Origin: an uncultured Planctomycetaceae bacterium | Lineage (GTDB): Bacteria > Planctomycetota > Planctomycetia > Pirellulales > UBA1268 | Length of the DNA: 63,011 nucleotides | Direction: 5' to 3' | Assembly (NCBI GenBank): GCA_913052575.1 | Contig: CAJXFK010000004.1 | Coordinates: 1 to 63,011, forward strand | Shown here: in pieces, positions 48,969 to 58,583 of the stretch | Layout of the letters: each line of letters begins with the position of its first letter | How positions within the stretch are numbered: position 1 is the stretch's first letter | Position numbers and translations under genes: made by a program | The notes under the pieces: model-generated | Told to the model about the DNA's origin: nothing | Databases searched by the model: none | Seen by the model: only the letters and a program-made list of their open reading frames with translations

Positions 48969-49904
48969 GTGACGCAGGGTGAAAGAATAAATCATAAGGG
49001 TCTTTCGTTCATAAAAATGCACGGATTAGGAAATGACTATATATACATTGATCGATTTACTGAGTCGGCGTCATTTGATCCAGCCGTCCTTGCTCCTTTA
49101 CTTGCCGATCGTCATCGCGGCATAGGCGGAGACGGCCTGATACTGGTCGAGCCGTCAAACAAAGCAACAGCAAGAATGCGGATGTTTAATGCGGATGGTA
49201 GTGAATCAGAGATGTGTGGAAATGGCGTACGGTGCGTGGGTCACATAGTTGTTTCGCGAGGCTACGCAGCCGCTGGTGACTTGACGATTGAAACGGGACG
49301 TGGCGTTCTCGGAATGACCGTATCACCAGTAAGTTCGAAGGTGAGTCAGGTTCGAGTCGATATGGGACAGCCGCTCCTGCACCCAGACGACATACCAGTC
49401 AATTCTGCTTCGATGACAGATTCCATCGTAGACGCCGCTGCTTCAGTCCTTGGTGACCACTCTGCCTGGTGGGACTCATCTTCATTGGATTCTCGCATGA
49501 CGTGTGTTTCGATGGGGAATCCTCATGTGATCTTTTATTGTGGTGATACTGAAAAAGTGCCATTGGAAATGATTGGACCACTTGTCGAAAACCATACTTT
49601 TTTTCCTCACCGAGTGAACGTCCATTTTGTTCAATGCAAGTCACGCGATCGGGTAAAGATGGTGACATGGGAACGTGGGAGTGGCCCTACTCAAGCATGC
49701 GGTACAGGTGCCTCTGCGGTATGTGTTGCAGGGAGGCTCACGGGTCGTACAAACGAAGTCATTCAGGCAGAGTTGCCTGGAGGGGAGTTGGAACTGTCTT
49801 GGGACATGAATGGTCCTGTGTTCATGTCTGGTCCCGCAGAAGAAGTGTTCCTGGGAGTCTGGCAGGGCTTAGGTTCGTTGTTATCTGGTTCTCATGGTGG
49901 TTAG
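48969..49904 (+). CDS. dapF: Diaminopimelate epimerase
   Basis: FIKMHGLGNDY, NADGSESEMCGNG, MGNPH, ERGSGPTQACGTG. Confidence 0.96.
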   Translation: MTQGERINHKGLSFIKMHGLGNDYIYIDRFTESASFDPAVLAPLLADRHRGIGGDGLILVEPSNKATARMRMFNADGSESEMCGNGVRCVGHIVVSRGYAAAGDLTIETGRGVLGMTVSPVSSKVSQVRVDMGQPLLHPDDIPVNSASMTDSIVDAAASVLGDHSAWWDSSSLDSRMTCVSMGNPHVIFYCGDTEKVPLEMIGPLVENHTFFPHRVNVHFVQCKSRDRVKMVTWERGSGPTQACGTGASAVCVAGRLTGRTNEVIQAELPGGELELSWDMNGPVFMSGPAEEVFLGVWQGLGSLLSGSHGG

Positions 49905-49984
49905 ACACGTTTTAAATGTGGGGTTTTACATCGTGTTTTCACAAGAATCTTTCAGCGGGTCAATGTTCGAGTGGTAAAAGGTCG

Positions 49985-50818
49985 ATGAAATCTGCCATGA
50001 AAGTACAATCTCATTTGGCGATAGGTAGCTGCTCTCTGCTGGCAGCAGCAGTGATTCCTCAATGGCTGGGAACGGTCCGTTGCCGAGTGCAGTATGGTGA
50101 TCAATTAGTTGACCCTGTTCATCAAGACTTTCGTGGTTCAAAAATATATGTCTTTTGGCATGAAAATATTCTGCTCCCGCTGTTTCTGCGAGGGCATTGC
50201 AATATTGCGATGCTGCTATCTCGGCATGCGGATGCGAATGTCCTTGATCGAGTTGCACGGATGATGGGCTTTGGTGTTGTTCGTGGAAGTACTTTTCGAG
50301 GCGGTTCGACCGCACTACGTGAGCTTTCTGATAGAGCCGCAACCGAAAGTCTCACAATTACTCCGGACGGTCCTCGCGGTCCGCGTCGTCGGCTTGCAAT
50401 CGGCTGTGTATTTCTAGCGAGTACTTTGAAAATACCAATCGTAGCAATGGGGTTTGGGTACGATCAGCCGTGGAGGTTAGGTACATGGGATAAATTTGCG
50501 GTGCCTCGAATTGGAAGCCGTTGTCGTGCAGTTGTTAGTCGACCGATTCATGTCCCTTCAAACCTTGACAGGGAGGGGCTGGAGGCACATCGCGTTGGCG
50601 TAGAGCAGATATTAAATTTCTTGAGTGATGATGCAGAGAGATGGGCTGTTGCCGGCGGCCGTAGGATGGGCGATCGTCCTGTCAGGCCGGAGGTTTCACG
50701 AGTCGCCAAGTGGTCTACTCGATTAGAAGGCCCACCAGGAATTTCTCTTGCCGAGGAGTTTGCACGATTAAAAATCTTCCCGCCCGTGGATTCAGAGGCC
50801 CTTGAACTGTTGGGATAA
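49985..50818 (+). CDS. DUF374 / lysophospholipid-acyltransferase-like protein
   Basis: FWHE, LLSRHADA, RGST.RGG, ITPDGPRGP, WDKF.VP. Confidence 0.85.
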   Translation: MKSAMKVQSHLAIGSCSLLAAAVIPQWLGTVRCRVQYGDQLVDPVHQDFRGSKIYVFWHENILLPLFLRGHCNIAMLLSRHADANVLDRVARMMGFGVVRGSTFRGGSTALRELSDRAATESLTITPDGPRGPRRRLAIGCVFLASTLKIPIVAMGFGYDQPWRLGTWDKFAVPRIGSRCRAVVSRPIHVPSNLDREGLEAHRVGVEQILNFLSDDAERWAVAGGRRMGDRPVRPEVSRVAKWSTRLEGPPGISLAEEFARLKIFPPVDSEALELLG

Positions 50819-50842
50819 TTTCTTGACTGTTCCGTGTAAGAT

Positions 50843-52450
50843 TCAAAGAAGTTTTCGGTATGGGTTTTGACCCTGAGTCTGTTTCTGCTCAAGTTCTTCG
50901 ATCCTCTGTCGCAATCGCAAGATTTCCTCATGCATGAGTTGTATCTCCGTTTTCAGCACAATCGTGTTAGCAGTCACGCTGCCATTTTTTTCTCGAAGGA
51001 GATTCGCACGTGTTGATTCAGTTAATTGCCGTCGAACTGTCTGGGGTGTTGGGTTTTGAAAGGGTGGATTGTTGGCAGGTACACCGATGAGAGCCTGCTC
51101 GAGAGCTGGGTCGATACTCTGTAATGCGACACGAGTCTGTTTTGATTGGCCGCCGGGTAGGATGTACTGGAGTGAAACCTGAGTACCTGGTGCTGTATTT
51201 TTTACAAAACGGTTTAGTTCATCAGGTGTTCGCACGGGCTGATTTCCAAACGCAACAATGACACTTCCCGGTGGTAGGCCTGCATTAGATGCCGGAAGGC
51301 TTTCTACAACTCCGAAGACATAGGCTCCTGTTTGGTTTGGCAGTCGATATCTTGTTTGGGTGGCTGGATCAATCGGAAGGGTCCGGACTCCTAATGCAGT
51401 TCTGCCCCGGTACTTTTGAATTGAAGCCGTTCCAGATGGTTTGATTACAGGAGGTTGCTCAAATTTTGGCGCTTCTGAGAGAACTGTCTGTGAGGCGTTC
51501 GACGGTTGCGAATTCAACGAAGAAGAAAACCGAGATGGCGGATTCGTATCAGAAGGTTTTATTGAAGCAATAGTGGGTAGGGGTGGCTTGGTGGTTGGTT
51601 GATCTGGCCGAACATCTGGTCGAGGATTCGCTGGCGTTGCAAAAATACGAGTCTGGGTCGGTGGTTGAGTAAATCGAGAGGCATTTCCTGAGGCAGAAGA
51701 ATCACTTTTGTCTGCTAGCTGAGGCAGCGGAACAGAAGTGGGTGTGCGGCTTTCGAGAGGCCGGGTACGAGCAGTCATAGTGACTTCATTGACACCCTCA
51801 GTTCGGCCAATCAGGGCACGTACCTCCTTATTGGGTGGAATTGCGGCAAGTAGTGCCGCAAGTTGATCGGCTGTTTGAACAGGTTCGCCATCGATAGCCA
51901 AGAGCACGTCCTGAGCCTTAATGCCTACCTGCATTGCTGGGCTTGGGTCAGAAACTTTCACGATGACGAGTCTTCCGGTGATAATTGAGTCATCAACAAT
52001 AAGCCCTAACCAACCAGAGCCCTGAGGCCCCTTTTTAATTTCCGGAGATTTCTTTTCTGGTTGTTTTGCTTTAGCTTTCTGTTCACTATTAGGCTCTTCA
52101 CTATCGTGATTTGTTATTTCAGATGATTCTTTCGGGCTTTTAGTGACTTCTTTCTCGGTTGTTGTAGCAGCCTTTTCTGGTGGGCTCAGTTGACTCGATG
52201 CCTGAGTCGTCTGATTCTCAGGGTCTTGAGCATTGTAATTATCAGAATTTTTGCCGTTGTCTGAGTGAAGTGGTATTTGGAGTGGTTCTCCAATCGAAAT
52301 ATCCTCCGCTTCAAGGTTGCTAAGAGTTTCTTCAGCAAGCGAAGACATGCTGTGAAGGATGAATAATGCCAAGACCGCAGTCATAGTACAGGTGAAAAAC
52401 CAGTGATTTGACTTGGCACTATCGCAACAACCAGAAAAGCATTTCAGCAT
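50843..52450 (-). CDS. Exported protein with two PDZ domains and a C-terminal coiled coil
   Basis: GWLGL...SPA...GIKAQDVLLAIDG and ALGV...PA..AGL.PG.VIVAFG; low-complexity linkers. Confidence 0.85.
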   Translation of the reverse strand: MLKCFSGCCDSAKSNHWFFTCTMTAVLALFILHSMSSLAEETLSNLEAEDISIGEPLQIPLHSDNGKNSDNYNAQDPENQTTQASSQLSPPEKAATTTEKEVTKSPKESSEITNHDSEEPNSEQKAKAKQPEKKSPEIKKGPQGSGWLGLIVDDSIITGRLVIVKVSDPSPAMQVGIKAQDVLLAIDGEPVQTADQLAALLAAIPPNKEVRALIGRTEGVNEVTMTARTRPLESRTPTSVPLPQLADKSDSSASGNASRFTQPPTQTRIFATPANPRPDVRPDQPTTKPPLPTIASIKPSDTNPPSRFSSSLNSQPSNASQTVLSEAPKFEQPPVIKPSGTASIQKYRGRTALGVRTLPIDPATQTRYRLPNQTGAYVFGVVESLPASNAGLPPGSVIVAFGNQPVRTPDELNRFVKNTAPGTQVSLQYILPGGQSKQTRVALQSIDPALEQALIGVPANNPPFQNPTPQTVRRQLTESTRANLLREKNGSVTANTIVLKTEIQLMHEEILRLRQRIEELEQKQTQGQNPYRKLL

Positions 52451-52717
52451 AGTGACTTACCCAAAGGAGCACGGGGAACACAGTAATCACTAGTCTAGTG
52501 AACTTCACCTCCGTTTTCAGGAGGTGGGAGCAAACCAAGCTAAATTCGATCAAATTCGAACAAAATCCCGGTCCGAAGAACCTCCTCGAACTCCGTTAGA
52601 CAGTTGTTTCCCATGGTTCAAAAAATCCCATCGATTGAATCCACATATTTTCCACCAATGGTTTTTTCATTGTGGAACCACTAGACCGTCATGAACAGCG
52701 TTTATTCGTGCGAGTGT

Positions 52718-52745
52718 TTGACAGCAACGCTAGCACTTTTATACT
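52718..52745 (+). promoter_or_regulatory. Putative sigma70 promoter of dnaA
   Basis: TTGACA-16 bp-TATACT about 140 bp upstream of the start. Confidence 0.65.
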
Positions 52746-52884
52746 CAGCCGCCGAGCGGGAACATTTCTGTGTCATGAAAATCAATCATGAATAATATCG
52801 AGAGATGAACTTGGTCAAAGCTGAATAATTGGTTGCGTCGGATTAGAGCCGGGTGCTGCCCCGGGACATGGAGTGTCGTAAAAC

Positions 52885-54537
52885 GTGGCTAAAATGAACT
52901 CTCACAAAACTTCAGCACGGCTTCATAAAACATCCAAGCCTCTTGGTGAATGTGCAAAGTCTGGCCAGCTTCGAGCAATAGGCGAAATCAATCTTCCGGA
53001 AGTTCCAGAAAACAGCCCAACCGAGGTCCCCACAGAATCCGAGGCTCATACGAATGGGTCGTGTATGGTCAGTGAGCGTATTGCAAGATCACTCATGTTG
53101 CGATTGGGAGACGAGCGATTTGCCGTCTGGTTTGGTGATAACTTCAAAATTCAGGTCGCCGAATCGATTACTCGTGAGAATCTTGTCGAGGTTGTAGTCC
53201 TATTTGACCCAAACTATCCCGGAGAATGGCTTCAGAAGACCTTTGGTAACGATGTCGCCATATCCGCAGGTGAAATCGTGAACAAGCCTGTCGCGGTTCA
53301 TTGGAGGCCGCTTGGAGCAGTCTCAGCACAGAGCGCAGTAGACAAACCTGACGAAGACACGAGTACTCTTGAAAGTACTGCTGCGGGTGGGAACGCTGCT
53401 GCTGCAGGATCGAAAAGTCTTAGCAAATCGGTTTGTAGCACCCCTAAAACGAAAGGTTCTCGGATAAATTCAGGAAATGCCGCAAAAAAACTTCATCTTC
53501 GACGGCCAACAGTATCGTTAGAGGAATTTGCCGTCGGGTCGAGTAACCGCATGGCATACGCAGCAGTTGAGTTGGCAGCGAATCGCTTGGGCGAAATGTC
53601 GCCAGTTCTTTTACATGGTCCAAGTGGTGTGGGCAAAAGTCACTTGTTGGCAGGAATATGTCACCATGCTCGTAAAGTCCGTCCGGGACTTGCTGTGGCT
53701 ATGTTCTCAGCGGAGCAGTTTACCACGAATTTTCTACAAGCTTTGCATGGTAGCGGACTTCCTGGATTTCGAAGAAGTTGCCGGTCTGTCGATTTATTAG
53801 CAGTTGATGACTTGCAATTTTTTGTTGGAAAGCGAGCGACTTTGCTTGAGTTGCAAAGCACAGTGGACACGCTCCATAGGGCCGGCAAGCAAATAATATT
53901 TGCAAGTGACCGAGATGTCGAAAGTCTTTCTGGTTTAGGAAGTGAATTGACAGGGAGGCTGCGTGGAGGAATGACGGCTGGCATCATGCCTCCAGATTAC
54001 GAAGTTCGTCGAGGTATTGTTTCGGGACTTGCAGAAAAAAGGCAGATCAATTTGCCGATCAATGTCATTGATTTTCTCGCAAACAACCTTACCCGGCATG
54101 CCAGAGAATTAATTGGTGGTATGAATAGGCTTGAGGCTGCAAGTCATATGTTGGGAACGCCAGTCACGTTGGATTTAGCCAGAGAAGCTCTTGCCGACCT
54201 TGTTCGTTCAAGTGCTCGTAGCCTACGTTTAGCTGACATTGATCAGGCGGTATGCGCAGCATTTGGGATTTCTGAGTCTGATCTCAAATCAACACGTCGT
54301 TCGAGAGCGGTAAATCAGCCACGCATGTTAGCTATGTTTCTTGCTCGTAAGCATACAGGTGCTGCCCTTGCTGATATTGGTCGGCATTTTGGTCGTAGAA
54401 GCCACTCTACAGTTGTTGCAGCCGAGAAAACGGTCCGTAAGTGGATGGAGTCGCAATCAAGTATTGTTCTTGCTGATGCAACCTGGGACGTAGAGCAGGC
54501 AATTCGTCGTGTTGAAGATGTCTTGCGGGCGGGCTAA
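52885..54537 (+). CDS. dnaA: Chromosomal replication initiator DnaA (divergent paralog)
   Basis: Domain I Trp (FAVWF), F.VG.SN..A, Walker A GPSGVGKSHLL, VDDLQF, REL.G, domain IV R..AMFLAR...IG..FG.R.HSTV. Confidence 0.9.
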   Translation: MAKMNSHKTSARLHKTSKPLGECAKSGQLRAIGEINLPEVPENSPTEVPTESEAHTNGSCMVSERIARSLMLRLGDERFAVWFGDNFKIQVAESITRENLVEVVVLFDPNYPGEWLQKTFGNDVAISAGEIVNKPVAVHWRPLGAVSAQSAVDKPDEDTSTLESTAAGGNAAAAGSKSLSKSVCSTPKTKGSRINSGNAAKKLHLRRPTVSLEEFAVGSSNRMAYAAVELAANRLGEMSPVLLHGPSGVGKSHLLAGICHHARKVRPGLAVAMFSAEQFTTNFLQALHGSGLPGFRRSCRSVDLLAVDDLQFFVGKRATLLELQSTVDTLHRAGKQIIFASDRDVESLSGLGSELTGRLRGGMTAGIMPPDYEVRRGIVSGLAEKRQINLPINVIDFLANNLTRHARELIGGMNRLEAASHMLGTPVTLDLAREALADLVRSSARSLRLADIDQAVCAAFGISESDLKSTRRSRAVNQPRMLAMFLARKHTGAALADIGRHFGRRSHSTVVAAEKTVRKWMESQSSIVLADATWDVEQAIRRVEDVLRAG

Positions 54538-54589
54538 GGCGAATAAAGTCGGCAGTTCGAATCGATAGCCTTCTCAGGCGGTCTGTTAT

Positions 54590-55456
54590 TTATTCGATAT
54601 CTTTTGAGTCGGAGATAAGTTCCTCTTCTCGGCTTGCTTTATAGCGAATGCTCGATGCAGGCCCGTGAAATCCGATAACCCGTCTATCAACACTCACTGA
54701 CCGCTTCAGTATGCAGCCACGATCAATGTCAAATACTATTTCCCCGGACCAGATTCGCTCAAGGAGACGAGATTCTGTTTGGGGATCGTGAACTGGAGTC
54801 AGTACCGTAGTATCAACTTTGATGAAAGCACGGTCTTTTTTGAGCTTCGTGACTTGGTACCGAAGTCTTGTGCGAACAGATTTTCCCGTACTGCCTGGAA
54901 TGTCAACAACTACGGTGTCTGGAACGGTCCATGTTGTTCCTGTCGAAACAGGCTCGTCAGGTAACGGAACGATCATCAGGTCACCAGTGTTCGAAGGGGG
55001 GCTTGGGAAAAAGTCCTTGCGATTTATGACTCGGCCACATGAGTCGATTGTGAGTTCCGAAAGTGGTTTGCCAAGACTGAGTTGAACACCCCCATAACCA
55101 TCAGGTGGCGGCTCTGGGCTGTCACTATCCCATCGCACTGCCTTCATCCCACTGGTACGAGACAACATTTTGACATGGTCTACCAGATGCTCAAGGGTTG
55201 CGGTTCCGTTCTTCTCAACATGAGTTATTTTCCAAGACTTTGTTGAATCAGTGGCAGTTTCAACATGCTGGGTTGTGCCATTAATTGTTGTTTCAGTAAG
55301 TGCTCGATGAGACACCTGCGCTGTTATGGCTTCACCGTCACTAAATTTGTATCGAAGTATTCTTGTGTTTTTGCTTGGAGAGGGGGTTTCTTCGGCAGAA
55401 ATGTTCCCAGTACAGGTGAGCAGGATTGTGAGGCAAATAGAAATAAAATATTTCAT
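54590..55456 (-). CDS. Exported beta-rich hypothetical protein
   Basis: Signal peptide MKYFISICLTILL...ISA; LRYKF..GE, G.TW, FD..RG patterns seen in planctomycete exported proteins. Confidence 0.75.
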   Translation of the reverse strand: MKYFISICLTILLTCTGNISAEETPSPSKNTRILRYKFSDGEAITAQVSHRALTETTINGTTQHVETATDSTKSWKITHVEKNGTATLEHLVDHVKMLSRTSGMKAVRWDSDSPEPPPDGYGGVQLSLGKPLSELTIDSCGRVINRKDFFPSPPSNTGDLMIVPLPDEPVSTGTTWTVPDTVVVDIPGSTGKSVRTRLRYQVTKLKKDRAFIKVDTTVLTPVHDPQTESRLLERIWSGEIVFDIDRGCILKRSVSVDRRVIGFHGPASSIRYKASREEELISDSKDIE

Positions 55457-55485
55457 GTCAAATTTTCTTATGCCGATGATGTGGC

Positions 55486-56475
55486 TCAAGACTTATGGCA
55501 GGCACTACGTGCTGATGTATTCTGAAGACCGCCTCCCCAGGTCAATTTGTCACGGAGGGTAGAGTAGTAGCTGTGCTGGTTTGTTTCGATAAGACAAAAT
55601 TTTGGCGTGGCAAGTGATATGCAGATTTCGTCCCCGGCCTGTAGTGATAGTAGAAGCCGTCCGTCAACAACGCAGGATGATCCAATGTTTGGGGAGGGAA
55701 CAATCAATGTGTAGTTCCGGGATGCCGTGTCAACGACCGTTCTGTGGGTGAGCGTGTGCGGGTTGAGAGGAGTAAAAATAAATGCTTCAATTGATTTTCG
55801 AACAATAGGACCTCCAGCAGACATGTTATAAGCGGTTGAGCCCACCGGCGTGCTAATAATCAAACCGTCGCCTCGATACACAGTCGCTAAATCACCGTCT
55901 ACGTAAAGTTCAATTTCGAAAAGAGAGAAGGGAGGTCCAGCAAGAACGGAAGTTTCGTTAAGACCTAAGTCACTTGCAATTATTTTATTTCCACGAAGTA
56001 CTCGTGTCTCGAACATCATATGCTCGACAAGCCGAAATCTTCCTGCAATGAGTTCGTTGATAGCAGGTTCAACTTCATTTGGTGAGAAATCAGCAAGGAA
56101 TCCGAGGCGGCCAAGATTGACTCCCAGTACTGGTGTCTGTTGGTATCCCATCCACCGGGCAGTCCGGAGAATTGATCCATCACCACCTAGAACAATGACC
56201 AGATCAGCATCTTGTGCAATGTTCGAAGAAGTTCCTTCACGAGAATCTGGCTCCCACGCAGATTTATCCGCTACCATCATCTTTATCTTATGGCCGAGAC
56301 TTTCTAGCAATTCTTGTAGATCATTCGCCAGCGACTTGGTTTCCAAGACTTCCTCAGGGCCAATCACTGCTATTCGAAGACTTTCAGTGATTGGTTGGCC
56401 AGGGAAAAGGCGTTCCGCCGTTTTTTTGCTACTATCGGCAGCAAGTTCTGATGAAGTCTTTGTGTGATCAGCCAT
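55486..56475 (-). CDS. nadK: NAD(+) kinase
   Basis: LGGDGSIL, GVNLGRLGFL, LNE, GDGLIISTPVGSTAYNMSAGGP. Confidence 0.96.
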   Translation of the reverse strand: MADHTKTSSELAADSSKKTAERLFPGQPITESLRIAVIGPEEVLETKSLANDLQELLESLGHKIKMMVADKSAWEPDSREGTSSNIAQDADLVIVLGGDGSILRTARWMGYQQTPVLGVNLGRLGFLADFSPNEVEPAINELIAGRFRLVEHMMFETRVLRGNKIIASDLGLNETSVLAGPPFSLFEIELYVDGDLATVYRGDGLIISTPVGSTAYNMSAGGPIVRKSIEAFIFTPLNPHTLTHRTVVDTASRNYTLIVPSPNIGSSCVVDGRLLLSLQAGDEICISLATPKFCLIETNQHSYYSTLRDKLTWGGGLQNTSARSACHKS

Positions 56476-56518
56476 TGATAATGAGCCTGGGGGCACTACC
56501 ACAATTAATCTATTTCAG

Positions 56519-58450
56519 TCAGTCTCGAACGGGAGTTGCTACGGCATTTGCCGCGGTCTGTTCTGAAAGCTCTTTGCAAATATTAGCAATTCCATTGATA
56601 TCCAGGCTTAGGCTTGAAAGTAATTCGGCCCTGTCGCCATGCTCGATAAAGTGGTCCGGAATGCCAAGTCTTCGAATTGGGCCGGTGTGCATATTTGTAT
56701 TGTGAATGGCCTCGAGGATAGCTGAACCGAAGCCCGCTTGTAGAGCGTTTTCTTCTACAGACACTACCCAAGGACTCATTTGTATCCGTCTTAGTAAAGT
56801 TTCTTCATCTAATGGCTTTACGAATCGAGCATTGATTAAGCCCACGCTGAGACCCTCTTCTCGAAGTTTCTCAACCGCCTGGAGGCAGGTTCCGGTCAGA
56901 CTGCCGCACGCGATAATGAGTCCATCTGGTCCGTCAAGGAGCGGTTCACAGTGTCCCAATTCGACAGGTAGTCGGTCTTCACCGAAGCGATTGTTAAGGG
57001 TTGGCTCGAGAACGGCTTTCGGGTAGCGAATGGCAACAGGACCATTGTGATTAATCGCCCAAGCAACCATTGATTTGAGGTCATATTCATCCGCGGGAGC
57101 CAAGACGACCATGTTTGGAAAGAGTCGCATGTAGCCGAGGTCGAAGACACCATGATGGGTGGGGCCATCGGGACCAGTTAGTCCGGCCCGGTCGAGCATA
57201 AAGGTAACAGGTAAGTTTTGTAGGCAGACCTCCTGAAAGATCTGGTCATAGGACCGCTGCAAAAAAGTGCTGTAGATATCTACAATGGGTCTGCAACCGG
57301 CTTTTGCCTGACCTGCAGCAAATGCAACGGCGTGCGATTCACAAATGCCGACATCGAAAAAGCGCTCAGGGTATGCCTCACGAACAGCCTCTAATTTATT
57401 GCCCTGACACATTGCAGCCGTCATGACCGTTACTCGGTCATCTTTTTCCATGCAGTCGGCAATAGCTGAGCTGGCTACATCCGTAAAGCCTCGTACCGAA
57501 GATTTTTTCACTGAAACAATGCAGTCATCATCGTCACACTCAAACGGAGCAGGTGTATGAAAGAAGACGGGGTCATCCTCGGCAGGTTTGAATCCATGAC
57601 CTTTTTCTGTGAGAACATGCAACAGAATCGGTCCCTCTTCATCCTTAACAAGTTCGAGGTATCTGATCAGATTTGGTAGCGTGTGCCCTTCGACCGGACC
57701 AAAGTACCGGACACCAAGAGCCTCGAATAGCATGCCACCGTGAAGTGTTGCCTTCAGCGAGTCTTTCACGTTGACAAGCATTCGTTCCATCGATTCGCCA
57801 ACCATCGGCACACCCTTGATGAGGTCTCCAGCTTTGTCACGCAGACCTCGATACCATGGGTTGAGCCGTACAACATCAAGATACTCAGCTAAGGCTCCGA
57901 CCCTTGGGCAGATCGACATACGGTTATCGTTCAGGATAATGATGAGACGTTTTTTCAAAAACCCGGCATTGTTAAGTGCCTCGAATACGATGCCGGATGG
58001 AAGCGCTCCGTCTCCGATGACTGCAACGCTGTGGCGATCATCGTGTCCTTGCAAGGAGTCTCCACTTGCGAGGCCAAGAGCTGCTGAAATGCTGCACCCT
58101 GCGTGGCCTGTCATGAATAAGTCGTAAGGACTCTCCGATGGGTTTGGGAAACCCATGAGACCACCACGTGTTCGCATGGTATCGAAGTTTTTGTATCTTC
58201 CTGTGATGAGTTTATGAGGGTATATCTGATGGCCAGTATCCCAGATAAGTCGGTCCTTACTGAAGTCAAAAACACGATGAAGGGCTAAGCAGAGTTCGAC
58301 GACGCCTAGGTTCGATGCAAAGTGTGCAGTTCGGCTCGCAGCAACCTGACATAACGCCTGACGCATTTCGGTCGCAAGATTTTCAAGTTCGTCCGGAGAC
58401 AGTCCCTGAAGATCATGAGGGGAATCTATTGTTGGAAGGATATTTGCCAT
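56519..58450 (-). CDS. dxs: 1-deoxy-D-xylulose-5-phosphate synthase
   Basis: WDTGHQ.YPHK, GDGA...EALN, LNDN.MSI, DVGICE.H, YSTFLQR, DRAG..G.DGPTH. Confidence 0.97.
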   Translation of the reverse strand: MANILPTIDSPHDLQGLSPDELENLATEMRQALCQVAASRTAHFASNLGVVELCLALHRVFDFSKDRLIWDTGHQIYPHKLITGRYKNFDTMRTRGGLMGFPNPSESPYDLFMTGHAGCSISAALGLASGDSLQGHDDRHSVAVIGDGALPSGIVFEALNNAGFLKKRLIIILNDNRMSICPRVGALAEYLDVVRLNPWYRGLRDKAGDLIKGVPMVGESMERMLVNVKDSLKATLHGGMLFEALGVRYFGPVEGHTLPNLIRYLELVKDEEGPILLHVLTEKGHGFKPAEDDPVFFHTPAPFECDDDDCIVSVKKSSVRGFTDVASSAIADCMEKDDRVTVMTAAMCQGNKLEAVREAYPERFFDVGICESHAVAFAAGQAKAGCRPIVDIYSTFLQRSYDQIFQEVCLQNLPVTFMLDRAGLTGPDGPTHHGVFDLGYMRLFPNMVVLAPADEYDLKSMVAWAINHNGPVAIRYPKAVLEPTLNNRFGEDRLPVELGHCEPLLDGPDGLIIACGSLTGTCLQAVEKLREEGLSVGLINARFVKPLDEETLLRRIQMSPWVVSVEENALQAGFGSAILEAIHNTNMHTGPIRRLGIPDHFIEHGDRAELLSSLSLDINGIANICKELSEQTAANAVATPVRD

Positions 58451-58518
58451 TATCTCCAAAAACTCCTGCGTAAAATCATCTAGATCACATGAACTATCTT
58501 TTCTCAATGGAAAACAAG

Positions 58519-58543
58519 AGTCTACAACATATAGTTGTAGACT
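58519..58543. promoter_or_regulatory. Perfect 10-bp inverted repeat between ispA and dxs (terminator-like hairpin or operator)
   Basis: AGTCTACAAC-ATATA-GTTGTAGACT; followed on the minus strand by CTTGTTTT. Confidence 0.55.
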
Positions 58544-58583
58544 GGCGACAGTCCTTCGCGGAGCTATTGAGAAGCCGAAAAGC

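Noticed and set aside
54550-54572. GTTCGAATC, similar to a tRNA T-loop
   Set aside because: No T-stem pairing or cloverleaf; the intergenic space is only about 50 bp
58521-58541. TCTAC...GTAGA stem resembling a Cas12a-type CRISPR repeat
   Set aside because: Single copy, no array, no cas genes
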